Shown: piece after piece, positions 1 to 14,400 of the stretch | How positions within the stretch are numbered: the first letter of the stretch is position 1 | Layout of the letters: the number at the start of each line of letters is the position of its first letter | From: Phoronis australis | Taxonomy: Eukaryota > Animalia > Phoronida | Direction of reading: 5' to 3' | Assembly (NCBI GenBank): GCA_002633005.1 | Contig: NMRA01000312.1 | Span: 453,850-517,849, forward strand | Length of the DNA stretch: 64,000 nt | Made by a program: the position numbers and the translations under genes | Notes under the pieces: model-generated | The model's database searches: none | Told to the model about the DNA's origin: nothing | Seen by the model: the letters and a program-made list of their open reading frames with translations, nothing else

Positions 1-555
1 GTGGTTCAGTGGTTTACGCTTGCCCATCGGTAACATATTGTTAGGTGGGAAGACTAAAGTGCTTGAACAAGCAGGGAATCGGAGTGCGACAGATTTGTTT
101 TTAATGTTAGCCAATTATCTTACCTATGAGCAACAAATTGAAAAGTCCAAAACACCACTTGATATGTTGTTTCAAAATACCATAACTTCGAAAAAGTATT
201 TTAGGAAAAAACTGTAGGTGTGCACACTTTTTAACAAGATAATCTGATTTTTCGCACCCTCTGGAATAGCTTTGTGACTCCTGCTTAACTGGTGACCTGG
301 GATTGTGCGAGTATGCGTGTGAATGAGAGGTGTGTGGTTGAACTACATCTTGTGTATGTGTGAGTAAGGGATATATGGTTGACCCACAGTGTATGAACTG
401 TTTTGTACGTTATTATATTGGTTGAATGAGTGGAATAAAATAGCATGTCAAAAATAACAACAATAACAACAAAACAATAATAATAATCCAATTAGCATGA
501 ACACTTTTTAAGGGAAAGACAAATACTATTAAAAGAGTTTTGTCTTTTGACCTAC

Positions 556-666
556 CGTAAGTCTTTCCATCCGAGCCACAGTGCGGGATGTAATAAAGAG
601 CAAGGCAAGGTGTCAAGGTTGCGCAGAATTCCTTCGTGACCATGGGAGTGTTCTCAGCAAGACAGC
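556..666 (-). CDS. Exon of a Kazal-type serine protease inhibitor domain protein (partial; other exons not located)
   Basis: Minus-strand exon between ...ttgtaAG and GTagg, phase 1 at both ends, encodes xCLAENTPMVTKEFCATLTPCLALYYIPHCGSDGKTYG. The C-x6-P-x-CGSDGKTY pattern is the Kazal N-terminal half. Confidence 0.7.
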
Positions 667-805
667 CTTACAAATTTAAGAGACAAAATCGCATGAAGCA
701 TGAATAAAAGTAGCCAACACTGAGATTAAACAGAGGTGAAGATCCATCAAAAAAATTTCTTCCTAGGTTTGAGAAATCGATCTAAATCAGAAGAAAATCT
801 CAGTG

Positions 806-1540
806 TGGGGGCAAAATACTTGCTGAGTGTGCTAGTATTAGCAACAATTGAATTCCCGTGATTATTTATGAGTCATAAATGGTCTTGCCCGGTTATATTT
901 CGTTTATTTTTACTTTTCTGTAATAACGAGGAATCAATCCTCTGCCATCTTTGGCCAATACTCAGCTCTTACGCAAGGGTTGGTTTAACGACCACAGCTA
1001 TCTTTTGCTTACAAATTTTAGCCTAATAGCGTCATATTATAATTAGTATTGTCCAGCGTCATATTATAATTAGTATTGTCCCGAATGTTAGCTAATGAAC
1101 CAAGTGAATACTTATGGTTAACGAGTTCACCGCTGAATGAAAAACGAATTAAAGTTCTTATGTTCAGGTTGCCAATACCAATACTCAGAGCCGAAGTTCC
1201 AAGGGAGAGCTTTTCATCACTAGGTGTAAATGATATAAAGCAATAGAATGAGAGGAAAATTCTTGTTCAGTGTGTTAGTACTAACCAAATCAAATTACCT
1301 TGACACGAAAAACGCAAACGGTGTTACCGGTTATATTTCGCCTTTTTTACCTAAGGTCCTCTAACAACAACAAATCAAATAGTCTGCCAATTGTTGACCA
1401 AATGACGTCATGTAGTGACCTGAACACCAGCCAATGAGCCCAATGAATGCTTTAGTCCATGAGTTCACCGGTAGGTAAAAAATGCAATTGGCGGAGAGAC
1501 AACTCAACAGTAAAAAGTCGAATCTTCGAGTGAATAAATA
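806..1540. repeat. Two diverged copies of a dispersed repeat family that also occurs at ~48910-49190
   Basis: Shared blocks gagtgtg..agtactaa, ccggttatatttcg, gacgtcatg..tagtgacc.gaa..ccaatgagcc.a.tgaatgc at ~820-1130, ~1265-1540 and ~48920-49190. Confidence 0.55.
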
Positions 1541-1690
1541 CATAAAACCGAGAGTGGCGTAGATGAAGTAATATCTCACGAAACATTATCCCGCTTATCA
1601 ACCGAGACCGAAGGTCAAGGTCGATACGCGGAATAATGTCGATTGGGATATTACTTCATGTGCGCCAATCGAGATACGTTTTGTATTTAT
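1533..1690. mobile_element. Imperfect ~160-bp palindromic (fold-back) MITE-like element; second copy at ~2036-2193 within the gap-flanking duplication
   Basis: atgaagtaatatctca pairs with tgggatattacttcat, and ataaatac pairs with gtatttat; central mini-hairpin GACC-GAA-GGTC. Confidence 0.55.
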
Positions 1691-3059
1691 CCCATGCGCT
1701 TCGAATTCNGAGCTTTTCATCACTAGGTGTAAATGATATAAAGCAATAGAATGAGAGGAAAATTCTTGTTCAGTGTGTTAGTACTAACCAAATCAAATTA
1801 TCTTGACGCGAAAAACGCAAACGGTCTTACCGGTTATATTTCGCCTTTTTTACCTAAGGTCCTCTAACAACAACAAATCAAATAGTCTGTCAATTGTTGA
1901 CCAAATGACGTCATGTAGTGATCTGAACACCAGCCAATGAGCCCAATGAATGCTTTAGTCCATGAGTTCACCGGTAGGTAAAAAATGCAAATGGCGGAGA
2001 GACAACTCAACAGTAAAAAGTCGAATCTTCGAGTGAATAAATACATAAAACCGAGAGTGGCGTAGATGAAGTAATATCTCACGAAACATTATCCCGCTTA
2101 TCAACCGAGACCGAAGGTCAAGGTCGATACGCGGAATAATGTCGATTGGGATATTACTTCATGTGCGCCAATCGAGATACGTTTTGTATTTATCCCATGC
2201 GCTTCGAATTCCTAAGTTTCTTTCATTTTTCGGTAGATTTTTAAATACTTCAATCAAACTGTTCACGTGGCGGATCACATCCTATGTATGCACTTTCGCG
2301 TTAGGTTACAAGTTTTCTCTGTTAAAGGAAACAGTTCTAAATGTAACGATTTATTACTTGAAAAGAGATAACAAACAAGAAAACAACGTAAGCGTGCATT
2401 GAACATTTCATAAAAATAGTTAAATAACAACAATAAGCCTATTTGATATTGTAGTTACCGAGAAATCGGCGCCTGAGCTGCAGACGATATAATAGTTAGC
2501 TGAAAAACTTAGACAGAAGTGTCACATAATTAACGGTTTTGTTGCAGATGTTACGCTTGGGACCTGACTGCATGATACTGTTGTAATTGTATTACTTTAA
2601 ACTATTTTGGGAAAGTTTGATGATTGAACCGGCTAGCAACCTCAAGTCGACATTGTCCTACCTTTTGAACTTTCCATGTCAGAGGGAGTGTTGAAGTAGT
2701 GAGGGAGAGAACGTGTTCACGCGTTCTCAATTTCGAAACAGCAGGTTAATGTTTGACGTGCAGTTCGAGTGTTATGTGTATGGCACTTGTTTCTACACTT
2801 TCACTGCGCGGACTTCCAACTTTTTTATTATTTAAGGGTTGGTTAGTTATCGGGGAACTGATTAATGTTGGGCTTGATTTTCCGAGTCATGTCAGAATCT
2901 TTGGTAGGGCCCTATTAATCGGTTGATAGGAAGTTGTAGTTCAACTAATTGCAGCGCCCCCTTATGTTACTTTTTCTCTTACTCTGACAATACTGGCAAT
3001 AGGATGCGCTACCGCATGTTAGTGCAAAGAAAGATGAAATGGTGACTTCATGCACATAT

Positions 3060-4480
3060 TTAAGACGTCAGCGTTGAGTTCAAAGCAAATTCAAATATTT
3101 CAAGCTACCTCTGCGCCACATATGGAGAAGTAGACGAAGCACAATATTTGAGCGGAAGGTTCAAAACTTAAAGAGGCAGAACACTCATGTTAGCAATCGC
3201 TGCGCCACCTATTTGCAAGTAGATAAGGTACATAACGTCGGCAAAAGGCTCACAACTTGAAAGGCAGAGAACACGCATTTCAACTAATCCAACTATCCCC
3301 ACTTATCGCTGCGCCTCTTGCGGGCAGGCAGATAACGCACATGACGTCAGAAAAAGACTTGCAACTTTAGAGACACAGAACACTCATTTCAACTAATTCA
3401 ACTTTTTCCACTAAACGATACGCCATCTGTGGGCTGGTCGGTAAGGTACATGACGTTAGCAGTAGGCTCACAACTTGAGAGACACCAAACAGTCATTTCA
3501 AGTATTTCATCTATTTTCACTAATCGCTGTGCCACCAGAGGGAATTCACTCAAATAAAGGGCAGATGAAATTAGGTAGATTAAGTAGAAAACCCATTTCA
3601 ACTATTCCTACTAATCGCTGCGCCACCTGCAGGCAGATAGATAACGTACAGGACGTCATCAACAAGCTCACAATTTTAGAAACACCAAACACGCATTTCA
3701 ACTAATTCAACTATTCCCAATAATCGCTGCGCCACATGCGGGCAAACAACAAGCTCTCAACTTTAGAGAAACGGAACACGCACTTCAACTAATTCAACTA
3801 TTCCCATTAGTCGGTACGCCATCTGCGGGCTGGCAGATAAGGTACATGGCGTTAACAACAAGTTCACAATTACTTGAGAGACACAGAACACCCATTTCAA
3901 CTAATTCAACTATTCCCTGCGCCACCTGCGGACAGGCTGATAACAAATAAGACGTCAGCAACAGGTTCTCAGCTTTAAGGACACAAAACACGAATTTTAA
4001 ATAATTCAACTATTCCCACTTATCGCTGTGCCACATACAGGCAGAAAGATAATGTACATGACGCCACCAAAAGGCTCACAGCTTGAGAGACACCAAATAC
4101 CCAATTCAACTAATTCAACTATTTCTAGTAATTGCTGGGCCACCTGCAGGCAAGTCAGTGATTCTGGGGCCTTTCTTTCTCACAATGCCAGTACTACTTC
4201 AGATGGCGCTGTAATTGGTAGAATTAGCTGAATTAGTTGAATAGATCAGACCTGGATAGGTTGAGATAACTTGGGATTAGTTGGATTCAACTGAAGTCAA
4301 CTAATTCAACTATTCCTACTGATCGCTGCGCCACCCTCGAACAAGTACATAACGTACATGACGTCATTAACAGGCTCACAATTTTAGAGACACCAATCAC
4401 GCATTTCAACTAATTCAACTATTCCCACTGATTGCTGCGCCACCTGCGGGGCAGGCTAATAACAAACATGACGTCAGCGA
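3060..4480 (+). repeat. Diverged tandem satellite, ~100-110 bp unit, about 13 units, with a short inverted segment near 4200-4290
   Basis: Recurring atttcaactaattcaactattccca.taatcgctgcgccacctgc...tgacgtca...gctcacaact..gagacac at ~3277, 3386, 3495, 3594, 3695, 3783, 3894, 3994, 4104, 4403. Confidence 0.85.
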
Positions 4481-7400
4481 CAAGCTTGCATGGTGATGGC
4501 AGGACAAGTTGAGATAAGTTGGGATTAGTTGGGTACAGGTGGCACTGAACAGTTAGGCTGCGGCCGCGGCCAATTTGGGGGTATTTTGTAGGTAGGCATT
4601 GCATGTAGGCTCAGTGAATGGGTTTGTTTGTGTTTGAGAATAAAAAAGGCCTTTTGCTCGTCTGTAGCTGCATTCTTCCTCAAGATGGCGGCCTCCGGTT
4701 GCATTTGTGGCTGGGTAGCGACTGAGAAATTGGCTGCGAGTTCAAGTTGCCATCAAACAAGCCAGATTTTGCAAAAAAAAACTAGTTGTTTGACAATACT
4801 TTTGGACCACATTTTTGGAATCGGTAGGAAATTTGCTTTCGAAATCTAATGTTGGCTTTAGTCGAGCATCGGCAGGGAAGAGGTTGTTTTGGGGTGAAAA
4901 GTGCCGATTTTGCATTTTTGCCCCTATTTTTCTTAGTCTAGCTTGGTTTTCAGTGGGAGAAAAAGGGTCAAAAATACAAGACAGAATAAAGTTTCTGTGC
5001 TCGTCTGTAGGAATTGTGATGTGAAATGACTTAAAACTTTTCTTTATTTGCATGCAGTTTTTAATAGAGTGAAGAAAGGTGAAGAGTCCATTGACGTGTG
5101 TTCTGATAGGCAAATCCCTGTGAGAATTGTTCAGTGCCTCCACAACTAAACATTCTGAAATGTATGGAGTCGGCGCGCAGTGATATTCGTCGTATCATTT
5201 TTACAGATTACTGTCTTCACCTGATCGTAATTTTCACGTGTGCGAGTAAATATTTGATGTAGAATCCGAGTGTGTATGGCATTAATTTCTACACTTTCAA
5301 CCCCGTTTAACTTTAAGGGTGGGTTTAACGACTAGAATAAACTGGGCAACGGTGGATAGAATTACACGGATTTGTCTCAAACGACACCTTAAGAGTTGTT
5401 CGGAGCCTTTCCATTAAAATACTTCGATTTCTAATGTGAAAAGATTTTTTCGCGTTTGTTTGCAGTAATCTACCAGGGCAGTGACCCTCGATTTCCCCGG
5501 CTGTTCAGCCACGTGACCTTCACGTACCCACTTATTGGCTGACACATTTGTCTGGCACTTAATTTTAAAGTTGAGGCATGGGTTCAACAGCATAGTGCTC
5601 TGGTAATGGGGCCCCAAACATGTGTAGGTTAGCAGTTTATCATCTTTTCAAAGTGAATTTGCCTATGAAAGGCCGGGAAAGCTATTTTGTACAACTATGT
5701 CGCCGACTAGCCGAGATCACTCGAAATTCTTTTAAATTCAACGAGTGCTTTCAATCTGTTAATTAGTCAAATACTGGAAACATTTCTGCAAATGTTCAAT
5801 TCTTCTCGCACGGCACTGCAGGGCTCGAATTCGTTCACACCTCCAATATGCTTCGAGTCTTCACCGCTTTGTCTCAAATACGACAGGGGTTAGCCCTTTT
5901 GCCAGGCTTCTGAGATTTGTAATAAATCACAAAAACAAAAGAATGTTGGTTTATAGCTCTGATTAAAGCTAATAACTTTAAGAAGTAATCCTACCCACAA
6001 TAGCTCCCAATGTGTGTTTTTCGGCCGTAAAACCGACCGTGTCCTTGACATTCATCAAAGTGTGTTACGTCATGAATATTATAGCCTCACACATCATCAT
6101 AACCATCTGCTTGCGTGCCTCGTGTAAAAATTGATTCCTATAGGTCTCTGATACGTACACGGAGTATTCATTTAAGCCTGCTGTGTAGGCCTACTCGCCT
6201 TCTGTCAAAAATTTTGTTTTGGGCATCTACCAGTTTTAGAAGTGGTCTCAATTTGCTTCTTACACAGATTATACCAGGGTCGCGAGGGCTGCTTTCCACA
6301 ATATTAGATTCTTGCCATTATACGACGAGGCATGCAAGTTTTCACGAGAAATTGCCATGCATTGCCAGCAAATCACGTACTTCACTAGCTTCCACACTCG
6401 AGTATCCGTCGTTGCAAATCGGGACCCTGGTCATTAGTTAAGCAACTTCCTGAGCCTGGTCTCGCGTAAGAAAAAACTTTTAGTTCTTAGCAAACCGAGA
6501 ATTAATATTTTAACTGAGCAAGGAACGAGATGAGAGTGATTTTATGAAGATTAGCGGCCTAAATCAAAAGTTGAGTTTTCGACAGAAACCGAGTTGATAT
6601 ACTAGGTTCAAGAACCGGTCCTCTAATAATAACAATATCGAAATGTTGTCATCATCCGACAATTCCAAGAAGATAAAAACATACCAATGAAAACGGTGAT
6701 ACAATTCTATCCACTTTTTTATTGCTATGTCAAGTACGCTATGTAGAAAACGTTCAGGTGAAGCGTCCATCGGCTTTTAAGTGGAAGGAAAAGACAAATT
6801 TTGATATTGTCCATTTTCTATTATATGACTGTTTTTCGACATGTCCAATGAAGCTCACTCTAATGCTGTTCATTACCCACTATGGATACGTGAGAGTAAT
6901 GGTACGTGTATATTTACGCAATTATAAATCATACCTGCTAGAAACAGGACAAGCAGTGTTACACTTTTCATTTCTCCAATCTTGTCTTCCACGAATGGTT
7001 AACAGCGAGCCTACATGTACATCGCACCATGAGTTATCTTAAGATAACTTCATCTTTGTGTAAATAACTCCTTTGGACTTTTCAAGATAAATCCCTGGCT
7101 CACGGTGCTTGTCATAACAGTTAGATTCTAACTGGTAGAAGAATACTTCATAGTGTGCTCACTTGTACCATGCGAGTTACTTGATGACATTACATTTTTT
7201 CACTTAGGGAGCTAAAATTGGAAAAATACAATGCTCGAACGCAAATTCATGTAACACTTAGTAAAGACAGTAAACTGCTTGGTCGGTGACGTCATCATTT
7301 ATCCGGGTGAATTACCAGATGTGGAAAAATTATGAGTCACAACTTCTGGAACTTGCTGTAAAATAATTTCAAGGCGTTGCGGAGCCTCCAGGCTCCATTT

Positions 7401-8920
7401 ACTGTGGATTGATGACTTTCTGGTTTTCGCGAAATTTTTTTGCCCTCTAGCGGTGTTCATAGACAACAACTTCAAGGAACTGGATCATGATTCAGACAGC
7501 CTATATATGACCCTTCATGTTTATTCAGAGACGACTTCTTGGTTTCATTCCAGACAGTCCCCCCGACACATCGGTCAAGCCAAGAACTTCCACTGTCCAG
7601 TAATTATCTGAGTTTTATTCCTAAGTAAGCAGCATATTCATAATGTAAGAAAAAGCAGCGAATATTGAACTTAATTGATTACTATAATCAGAAATTGATA
7701 TTTGTCCTGGAATGAAAATAGAAATCGCCAAAATTAGGACTTTTACGCTCATAAAATTGGTTTCATAATATTCTTTGTAGTGAAAAGATTCTGTTTAGGT
7801 TACCAACAAGAACATCGAAACTATAAGCAACTCAATAAAACAGTCTGGGGTTGACTAACCATAAAATTGCGTATTTGAACATGACGCCTGTGACTTGGGT
7901 TGGGAACGGTAATGGAGTCCTATCAGGGTATGGAGATTATGAGGCGAGTTTTACGAGAGTGAAAGGCTCAATTTGATTTTCGTCCCTTTTGCCAGCTAAA
8001 CAAGGCGGAATTCAGCCTTAAGTGTTGATTAAAATGTTAAAGACAAAATACGGTCGTAGTCTGGCAAATTAATTTGCGGAAGACATACCTTTCTTATTTT
8101 CCTCCTCACACTGGAGAGTGTAGACTGATTGAAATAATCTGGATCGTCTGTTCGTTTTGTTTGCACTTGCGCGTTCTTTTTTTTTACGCTTGTGCACATT
8201 CGATATTCGACCTTGTGAATTGAATTAGGATTTTCTAACATCCTGTTCTATTCTTAACAACCAATCACAAGTCAGCAGACAGTCAAAAGCCGAAGTTGCA
8301 CAAAATTTTGAAATCTCGGTGCCATGATTCAAATTAACAGGAGCTTGTCAAAGCCAGAGATTGTTTGTCAACATATTTGAATGAGCAGATATTTGTGAAT
8401 TAACTTTCCAAGAAAACCGTAGGGTTTTACGTGCTTGAGTCGGTATGCGCCTAAAAAATCTGTTTACAAAAATGCAACATTCAGCTTAATGGGACATCTG
8501 CAAAAGTAAGTGTAGGTCTCGTGACCCACGACACTTTTGCCCTCATAATTCATAGGGCAGTGATTCAAGTGGTCTAGTCTAAAAGAAATTACAAAAAAGT
8601 AAAGGTCATTGCCTTCAAAAAATTCTCAAACCCTTGTCAAAAACACACCACACATTTCATAACAAAGTTGTATACATTAACTGTTAGTTGATCGTGACCT
8701 CACTACAGCAGTGAACTACTAAATCTTCGTGGATAAAAGGGACTACTTTTCTCAGATTGCACTAACGCTTAACGTTCTATTTATCCGCAACCAGTTCCCT
8801 TTAACTGTATTGGCTCAGATTACATTGACAGCAAATGGTTGCACCTGGGACGTTGGAGCGAGCTTATGAGGGCTGGTAGTCTCCGAAGGGTTATTCACTA
8901 CATCACCGACACCTAAAAGG

Positions 8921-8971
8921 ATGTATCGGGCTTTATTCTTCAAATGTCTCTGCTTGTTTTGCATACTTCAG
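8921..8971 (+). CDS. ADAMTS3-like: ADAMTS exon 1 (signal peptide [17 protein letters not shown])
   Basis: ATG at 8921, hydrophobic peptide, donor CAG|GTAAG, phase 0. Linked to the gene by phase and plausibility only. Confidence 0.6.
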
Positions 8972-10364
8972 GTAAGATATTTTAATGAACTAATTGGAGA
9001 AATATGACATTCAGTTATGAACTAGTCTTCATTTATTCTGGAGAAGTAGGCATTGTTTTATATTACCTTTGACCTGTGTGCCATTCGAATTATATTTCAT
9101 TACAACCATGTCCGATTTTAGCCAGACAATTTCTTAGGATCTAAAAAATACTGAACGCGTTGTGGTCTTAGTTCATTGCTTATATTACCAAAACATGTTG
9201 TGAGTTTACAAACACGTTAAATCGTGTGGTCAGAGAATAGTTTAAAAGAAGGAATAACTTTGCAACAGTTACTTCAGTGGGGGTTTTGCTTGAGCACCAG
9301 CGAAATGTAAATACTGCTCAGCATGAAAAGGTTGAACTTCATAACCGCAAATGAAATGCATCCCCCATGTCTTTTGTAACCATTTGCCAATGGTGAGTTC
9401 AAACAAGGCTATTTCCAGGGTGCAATGTTCCTGAATTTTGTTGCCCAAAATCGTGTTCTTGTTTCATTATGATCCTATGATCGTACTCAGACCACTAAAT
9501 ACCTGTATAGTTTGTTAGTTCGATGTTCATAGTAACTTAATGAAAGTTGTCTTGAATTTTAGCCTTTTACGTCCATGTTTTTAGAATGACAGTTTAGCCA
9601 CGTATGCGAGGAAAAAAGTGACTGGCCTCACCCAGGTAGCATAAAATTGCTTGTTGTATATAAACGGTGCGTCACGTATCCGTTGCTGAACGATATTTCT
9701 GACGTGTTGCTTTTGTCAAAACGTATCTGCCGAAGTTTCGAAAGAAAAATAAAACATCAGTGAAAGGATGTTGGTCGTCATAACGGCCTAGTTTCATCTT
9801 TATAGATATGAGAATTAAACTGTATTATCGCTTGGATGTGGGGAAACGGGCAAAACAGCATTTTGTGAAAGAATCACTCGTGCCTAAGATCGTGGTCGCG
9901 GCCTCATTTACAGTTGTACGACAGCACGTGCAGTGAGTGTGGACTCCACAGGCTGGGGGAAGTCTGTACGATGGCTTGTGGTGACGTCATATAGCCCACA
10001 CTTTGGTGGCAAGTGGAGGATACTTTGGCAACACTGTTTTAAGTACCATTTTGGACGCTGTTCAGTAACTATTGACAAAACCTAAATTACCGCCTCCATG
10101 TGTTCATGTAAGCAAGCTCACTTTGATATTTTGTTTGCGATTATCGCACAATTTGAAACCACGCACAGTTAACACAACAGCGACCTGTCTGCAATTTGTG
10201 AAACCCTAGACTTTTAATCGTTCATTACAAGAAGAGTAAACCTAAAACATACTAGTCCCCACGGGGTATAGACATAATTTAGTAAGAGTGAAATGGAGTT
10301 CATCTTTTGTTTAAAGTCTGACTCTTAAGCTACGTAGCTACTTTCTTATTTACTTGCTAACTTA

Positions 10365-10399
<35 letters not shown>

Positions 10400-10415
10400 T
10401 CTGGCTGACTGACTG

Positions 10416-10490
<75 letters not shown>

Positions 10491-10536
10491 GACTTACTTA
10501 CTTACTTACTTACTNTGCTTGCTTGCTTGCTTGCTT

Positions 10537-10625
<89 letters not shown>

Positions 10626-10899
10626 TTAACGTATTTACCTACTTACTTACTTGCATACTTACTGACTTAGTTTCCTATTTACTTACATACATACTTACTT
10701 ACATATGAAACTTTCAACTGTATGTTTTATGTGCTGATCTACAGAACGTTGCTTTAAACGTTCCACTTTTGCAAAAGGGGCTGTCAAATAGTAGGACTTT
10801 TAAGATTTTTATGAAAATATTCAAAAGTTGAATTAAACGAAAACGAAGTGATAATTTGGAAAACTGCAACATAGTTTTTGAGGTTTTATCTAAGACACA

Positions 10900-10943
<44 letters not shown>

Positions 10944-11348
10944 AACATATATATAGATCAAATGGAATTTTTCACAAAAATCAAATTCTACAGAATTTAG
11001 CTTTCAGAAATTATGTATTTTGATATAGTTACATTATTGTATTTTTTCTTTTGATTAGTAAACTGTATGGTTATGTATTTTGATATAGTTATATTATTGT
11101 ATTTTTTCTTTTGATTAGTAAACTGTATGATTATGTATTTTGATATAGTTACATTATTGTATTTTTTCTTTTGATTAGTAAACTGTATGGTTTTGTAGAT
11201 ATTTGACTAAATTCCTTAACTTGACGATAAGGTCTCACGTAACTTTCATCACTTACTTACTTACTTATTTAATTACTTGGTTAATTAATCAATTATTAAT
11301 TAATTAGTTGCTTACTTAATTACTCATTTACTTAATCACTTGCTTTCA

Positions 11349-11425
<77 letters not shown>

Positions 11426-14400
11426 GCTTACTTACTTACTTACTTACGGACTTACTTACTATCGTTCTTAATTACTCACTCAATCACTCACTTTCTCACT
11501 CTAACATAGATTGTAATACATGACAAACCATAGTTCAGCCGTACAGGTACATGAGACAGTGCCACACGTACTATCTTTTACCTTCATTATCTTGTTAAGT
11601 ATACGCAGATCTTTCGCGGTAGTGTTCAAAAGATCTTAGTAATGTTGTGTTCGGCCACTTGTCGGATGTGTTCGTTGGTCGAACTTAATTGCAAGGATGG
11701 GATCAGTGGCAGCATTTTAGCAGTTTTATAGGGCCAATTTTTCACTAAGTAGCATCGTCTTATTTGCGTTACTAATTCAAGGCCCTTCTACAACTTGTAG
11801 ACGCAAATTCAATAAGAATAGTACTTGAGTCGCGTCTTTCAATTTGCATCAAAATTATGGTAAACTCGGATATAGCAGAAAGTAGTTACTCCAAACACCA
11901 CAATGAAAAATGTCGTGCAAAGTAATGTCACAATCGTCGTGTTGCTCATCGACGTTCACGACCTGGAGGACAGTGATCTAAATTTATTTTAAAAGGTCCT
12001 CAATTTCTTTCATTGAGTCAGATGCGGGGCAAAATTGATTGTCGTTAAGTTTATATGTTTTTGTTCGGTTCCCTTATTCCACAAAGACAATATAAGGTTT
12101 TTCATTTTGCCCACTAAATTTGAACCTCGTCAGATTCCCATCTGCGTTTTGTTATGACGTCATACCACGTATCCGAATGTCAAGGCCTCGAATTCCATCT
12201 TTCTTTACTTAGTGAATTTGAAAACATGGTAATAATTTTGCCAATATCGCTAAAACATCAGTCACATCATCAAGTCACGAGCAAGCGAAACACTTTCACT
12301 TAGGCATCTGAGCCTAATCAGATTTTCCGTTTCGCTGGTGCAACTGAGCGTGATCGCGTGACGCTGGTGAAAAAGCGCTGTTAATTGTGTGTTATCCAAC
12401 TGTTAACATCAATACACGAGTATTTGAGCTCGAAGTCATTCAGAAGCGTCGGTCTGGACATTGCGTCTGGGAGCGATAATGATATTCGTAAAAAGCAATT
12501 GGTCTCCGCGTAGCGGTAAGATAGGCATGCTGTGCTCTGCCCAACAGATCGATTTTCACAAGCAGCGAAATCGTTTATTGTATGTTACAAAGCGCGACTA
12601 CAAATGATATAATTGAATGTTCCTAATACATGTAAAGGTGATAAAAATGTTTTACCAAAAGTAGCACGATGGCTATAATGTCATGCTGTACAATAAAGTG
12701 TCACAGACTGGTTACGTGAGTAGGCAATTAAGACAAATCGTTTTAGAAAAAGCGATCATAACGTAAAACGCAACTTCCTGTCACGCTCTTTCTTAAGAAG
12801 TTAGCGTGAGCAAAGTTACCCCTTCTGCCTTTTTCAATAAAAACATGATTAAACAAGACAGACGTGACACAAGGGGGCAGACAAGAACACTGTTCACCCT
12901 GCTTCATTTCTGTCCTTCTTGTTGAGGCTCTATCAGAGTGACATTGCCCGGAGGCAATAAAAATCTTAACTAAATACGTTTCAATGCAAACCAGTGCTTT
13001 AGTTAAAATTGAATTTGTGTTTTCAGATCAAAACCAACCGAGGGGTATCATAATGTTTAACAATGCGTATGGCTAAACTAAATAACTGGGCTGGCATGTG
13101 GGCTGTCGCAGTTACGACGTACGATAACCACGTGAAAATTGTATAATTTTCAATTAGGGGATTGCGTAATTTTACTTCTGATTTTCATTTGGCTTTTGTT
13201 CATTAATTCCGTCGGTGATGCAGAAACATGTTCGTCTGCAACGTGTGCTATGCAAGAAAATCCACTAGCAGGCGATTTTACTAAAATTACTGTTAGGTAG
13301 TGAGTGTAGACGGAAGTGAACTGAATTCATTACCGCTTGCCGTGCGAGTATTACAAAAAAACGCAAGAGGTCAAAAGTGGATTTATCCTGTTTTGGCACT
13401 GTAAAACCACGGTAGATTTGTGTGCATATTCTACATCTACCGAGGGTACCAGCGAGCCTGTCTGACAATCCGATAAAGCAATATCAAATCTTGGTCACCC
13501 CTGATTTTACGACATAGCGCAACGGGCGGCCTTCGCGTTTTGTCACAACGAAATCGTCTTTCTTTCCATTTTTTTCAGAAATGCAATACATGTATTACGC
13601 AAAGGTTAATAGCTTCTCATGGTTGATACCTTGGCCTACAGCGGTTGGCTTAAAACAATCAACATACATGTAATTGCTCTCACTTCAATAAGAACCCAAA
13701 TTAAATTAGAATATTCAAACTTTGTTCTTTAAATCTCGATAGACGTCAATTAAGCATGGAAAGAAATGTTAATATCCCCAGACGTTTTCCTGCACCTTTG
13801 GCGTGCTTGATTGGAAATTAAGAAAAGAAAACGTGTATTTTTCCCTTTTTCGTTCAGATTTTTTGTGATTCAGCAGGTTCTTTGGCTACACGTCAAGTTC
13901 TCGTATAATAGGCAACAACCTTGGGTTTCGTAGAGGCGACAAAACACAAGAACACCGACTTCGCGAGATACCGGCATGTATCGCCATGATCACGCTGGTC
14001 GAAACGGTAAATAAACGTAATGTCGCAAAATCTCTTTGCAAGACAATGCGTTGATGATTGCGATATTGCGACATATCTCGACAAACCCGACAAACTGGGT
14101 CTCGAAAATTTCTTTGCTGTCTGTTTCCTTGACGAATACCTCGAGCACTTACGAGTCAAAAGACTCTTCAGAGCGGTGATCCGTCTTTTATCGAATATTT
14201 GATCGCCGCAATTCACTCGCAAGCAAACTCACAATTGCACCTGAATGTTGAAATCGACGCTGTCACTACAATGATTTTTTTAATCCAGTTTTATAGGCTT
14301 AAGTAGTAAATTTCTTGAATTAGTTTTTAAAGCAATAAGGGCAATGCGCACTGTTTGGTTTCGTAAATGTTTACGAAGAAGGCATGGATTATAAAGAAGA

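Noticed and set aside
1207-2211. 503-bp near-identical tandem duplication giving twin 72-aa ORFs
   Set aside because: The copies abut a single N (1709) and differ by a few SNPs, typical of overlapping contig ends or haplotypes joined in scaffolding; the ORFs have no recognisable protein features.
10523-10944. ORFs [13 protein letters not shown]... and MCVCVCV...
   Set aside because: Translations of microsatellites.
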